A stretch of DNA of 64,000 nucleotides from Octopus bimaculoides (taxonomy: Eukaryota). The stretch's first letter is position 1. Each line of letters begins with the position of its first letter. The stretch lies in contig NC_069007.1 of assembly GCF_001194135.2 (NCBI RefSeq), positions 12,053,184 to 12,117,183 of the forward strand. Direction: 5' to 3'. Shown here in pieces: positions 62,662 through 64,000 of the stretch. The translations under genes were made by a program, and so were the position numbers. Under the pieces are notes generated by a model. It saw only the letters and a program-made list of their open reading frames with translations. It was not told the DNA's origin and searched no databases.

Positions 62662-62921
62662 CTGGGGACAGAGAGAGAGAGAGAAAGAGAATTTAATCAT
62701 GAACTGATGCTTCTATTTACTGGCCCACGACAAGGACAAATGACAAAAGGTGACTGATAGAATATGAATTCAGACTGCATGAAGCCAGAACAACAAATGC
62801 CATAAAATCATCCTATCCAATATTCCAATCAAAATTTACCATCGTCATCATATTCCTTATTATCATCATCATCATCATCATCATCATATATTTATACACA
62901 CACACACACACACACACATAT

Positions 62922-63164
62922 TTCGTGTTTTTCCATGGTTTCTTTTGATTCTTTGTTTGTTTTTAGTGCTTAACCAGTGTTTGATATGTAAAGCTTTGAT
63001 ACGTAAATGTCGAACGATGAAATAAGCATTCAACACCGCATTGTAATTCACAAATACAGAAATTACATATCCCCCCAACGCGGTGTTGAGCACTCATTTT
63101 ATCATTCGACATTTACATATATATATAGTGAATCCAAACAAGAACAAGCAAGAAAAAACACGAA
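62922..63164. repeat. Nested inverted repeat attached to a Penelope-like terminal fragment
   Basis: Inner arms 63003-63039 and 63080-63116; outer ttcgtgttttt / aaaaaacacgaa. Confidence 0.75.
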
Positions 63165-63231
63165 GAAATAACAATGCAAGGGCACTCAGGAAAAGAAAGG
63201 AAAGAAATAGGATATATATATGTATGTATGT

Positions 63232-63555
63232 AGGTGCAGAAGTGGTTGCATGGCAAATAGCTTGCTTACCAACCACATGGTTCTAAGTTCAGTCCAACTG
63301 CATGGTACCTTGGGCAAGTGACTTCTACTATAGCCTTGCACTGACTAATGCCTTGTGAGTGGATTTGGTTGACAGAAACTGAAAGAAGCCCGTCATATAT
63401 GTGTGTGTGTGTCTGTCCCCCCCCCCCACACACACACACCATTGCTTGACAACTAATATATATTTACATCCCTTTAACCTAGCAGTTCGGCAAAAGAGAA
63501 CAATGGAATAAGTCCTGGGGTCAGTTTGTTGAAACGAATAAAAGAGTAAAAGAGA
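63232..63555 (+). mobile_element. Family-B SINE
   Basis: Diagnostic head, CORE-like segment and shortened tail. Confidence 0.8.
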
Positions 63556-63588
<33 letters not shown>

Positions 63589-64000
63589 TACATAAATACA
63601 TACACACACACACACATATATATATATATTGAAAAAGGTGTGAGATCCTTGGTACAGTTAGATATATTTGAAAAAATAAAAAAAATGACTTCACTGATAG
63701 TTCTAATTAGTTTAATTTATTATTTTTTAATAATATAAACTTTAGTTCATAGATCTAGTAAGTTCTTTTTGTAGAGATTTTTTTTTCAAAATTCCTCAGT
63801 AGATAGATAGATGGATGGTTGAAACACAGACGGACAGATAGATAACTAGATACATAGATAGATGGATAGATAGATAGATATAGATATATAATGCATACAT
63901 ACATACAATATTATACACACACACACACACACACACTCACATGCTCAGTGGAAACCAGAAAACACTGTTTCTGGCCAATGTATTTGGTAAATGAAATTAG

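Overview
Eukaryotic, repeat-saturated, gappy draft-assembly DNA. The SINE repertoire, microsatellite load and N gaps point to an octopus/cephalopod genome (inference). There is no long genuine ORF: the ORF track is mostly microsatellite read-through or N gaps. About six tRNA-derived or RTE-tailed SINE families occur in many copies. They sit among 3' remnants of RTE, CR1-group and restriction-like-endonuclease (R2/R4-type) LINEs, a mariner remnant, piggyBac/hAT-type MITEs and Helentron-type non-autonomous elements. Two things stand out. First, there are about ten hammerhead-ribozyme (HHR) motifs of the minimal type-I, palindromic-stem-III kind known from Penelope-like elements, from several unrelated repeat families. 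One is apparently intact (60052-60135), and an inverted pair sits in a 301-bp element with a 13-bp target-site duplication (TSD) that splits an R4-like LINE. Second, several small unique islands on the minus strand have canonical splice sites and mutually compatible frames, suggesting an unidentified gene with very long introns. A central ~15-kb block retains CpGs that are decayed in the same repeat families on either side. Repeat boundaries are approximate and were read by eye.
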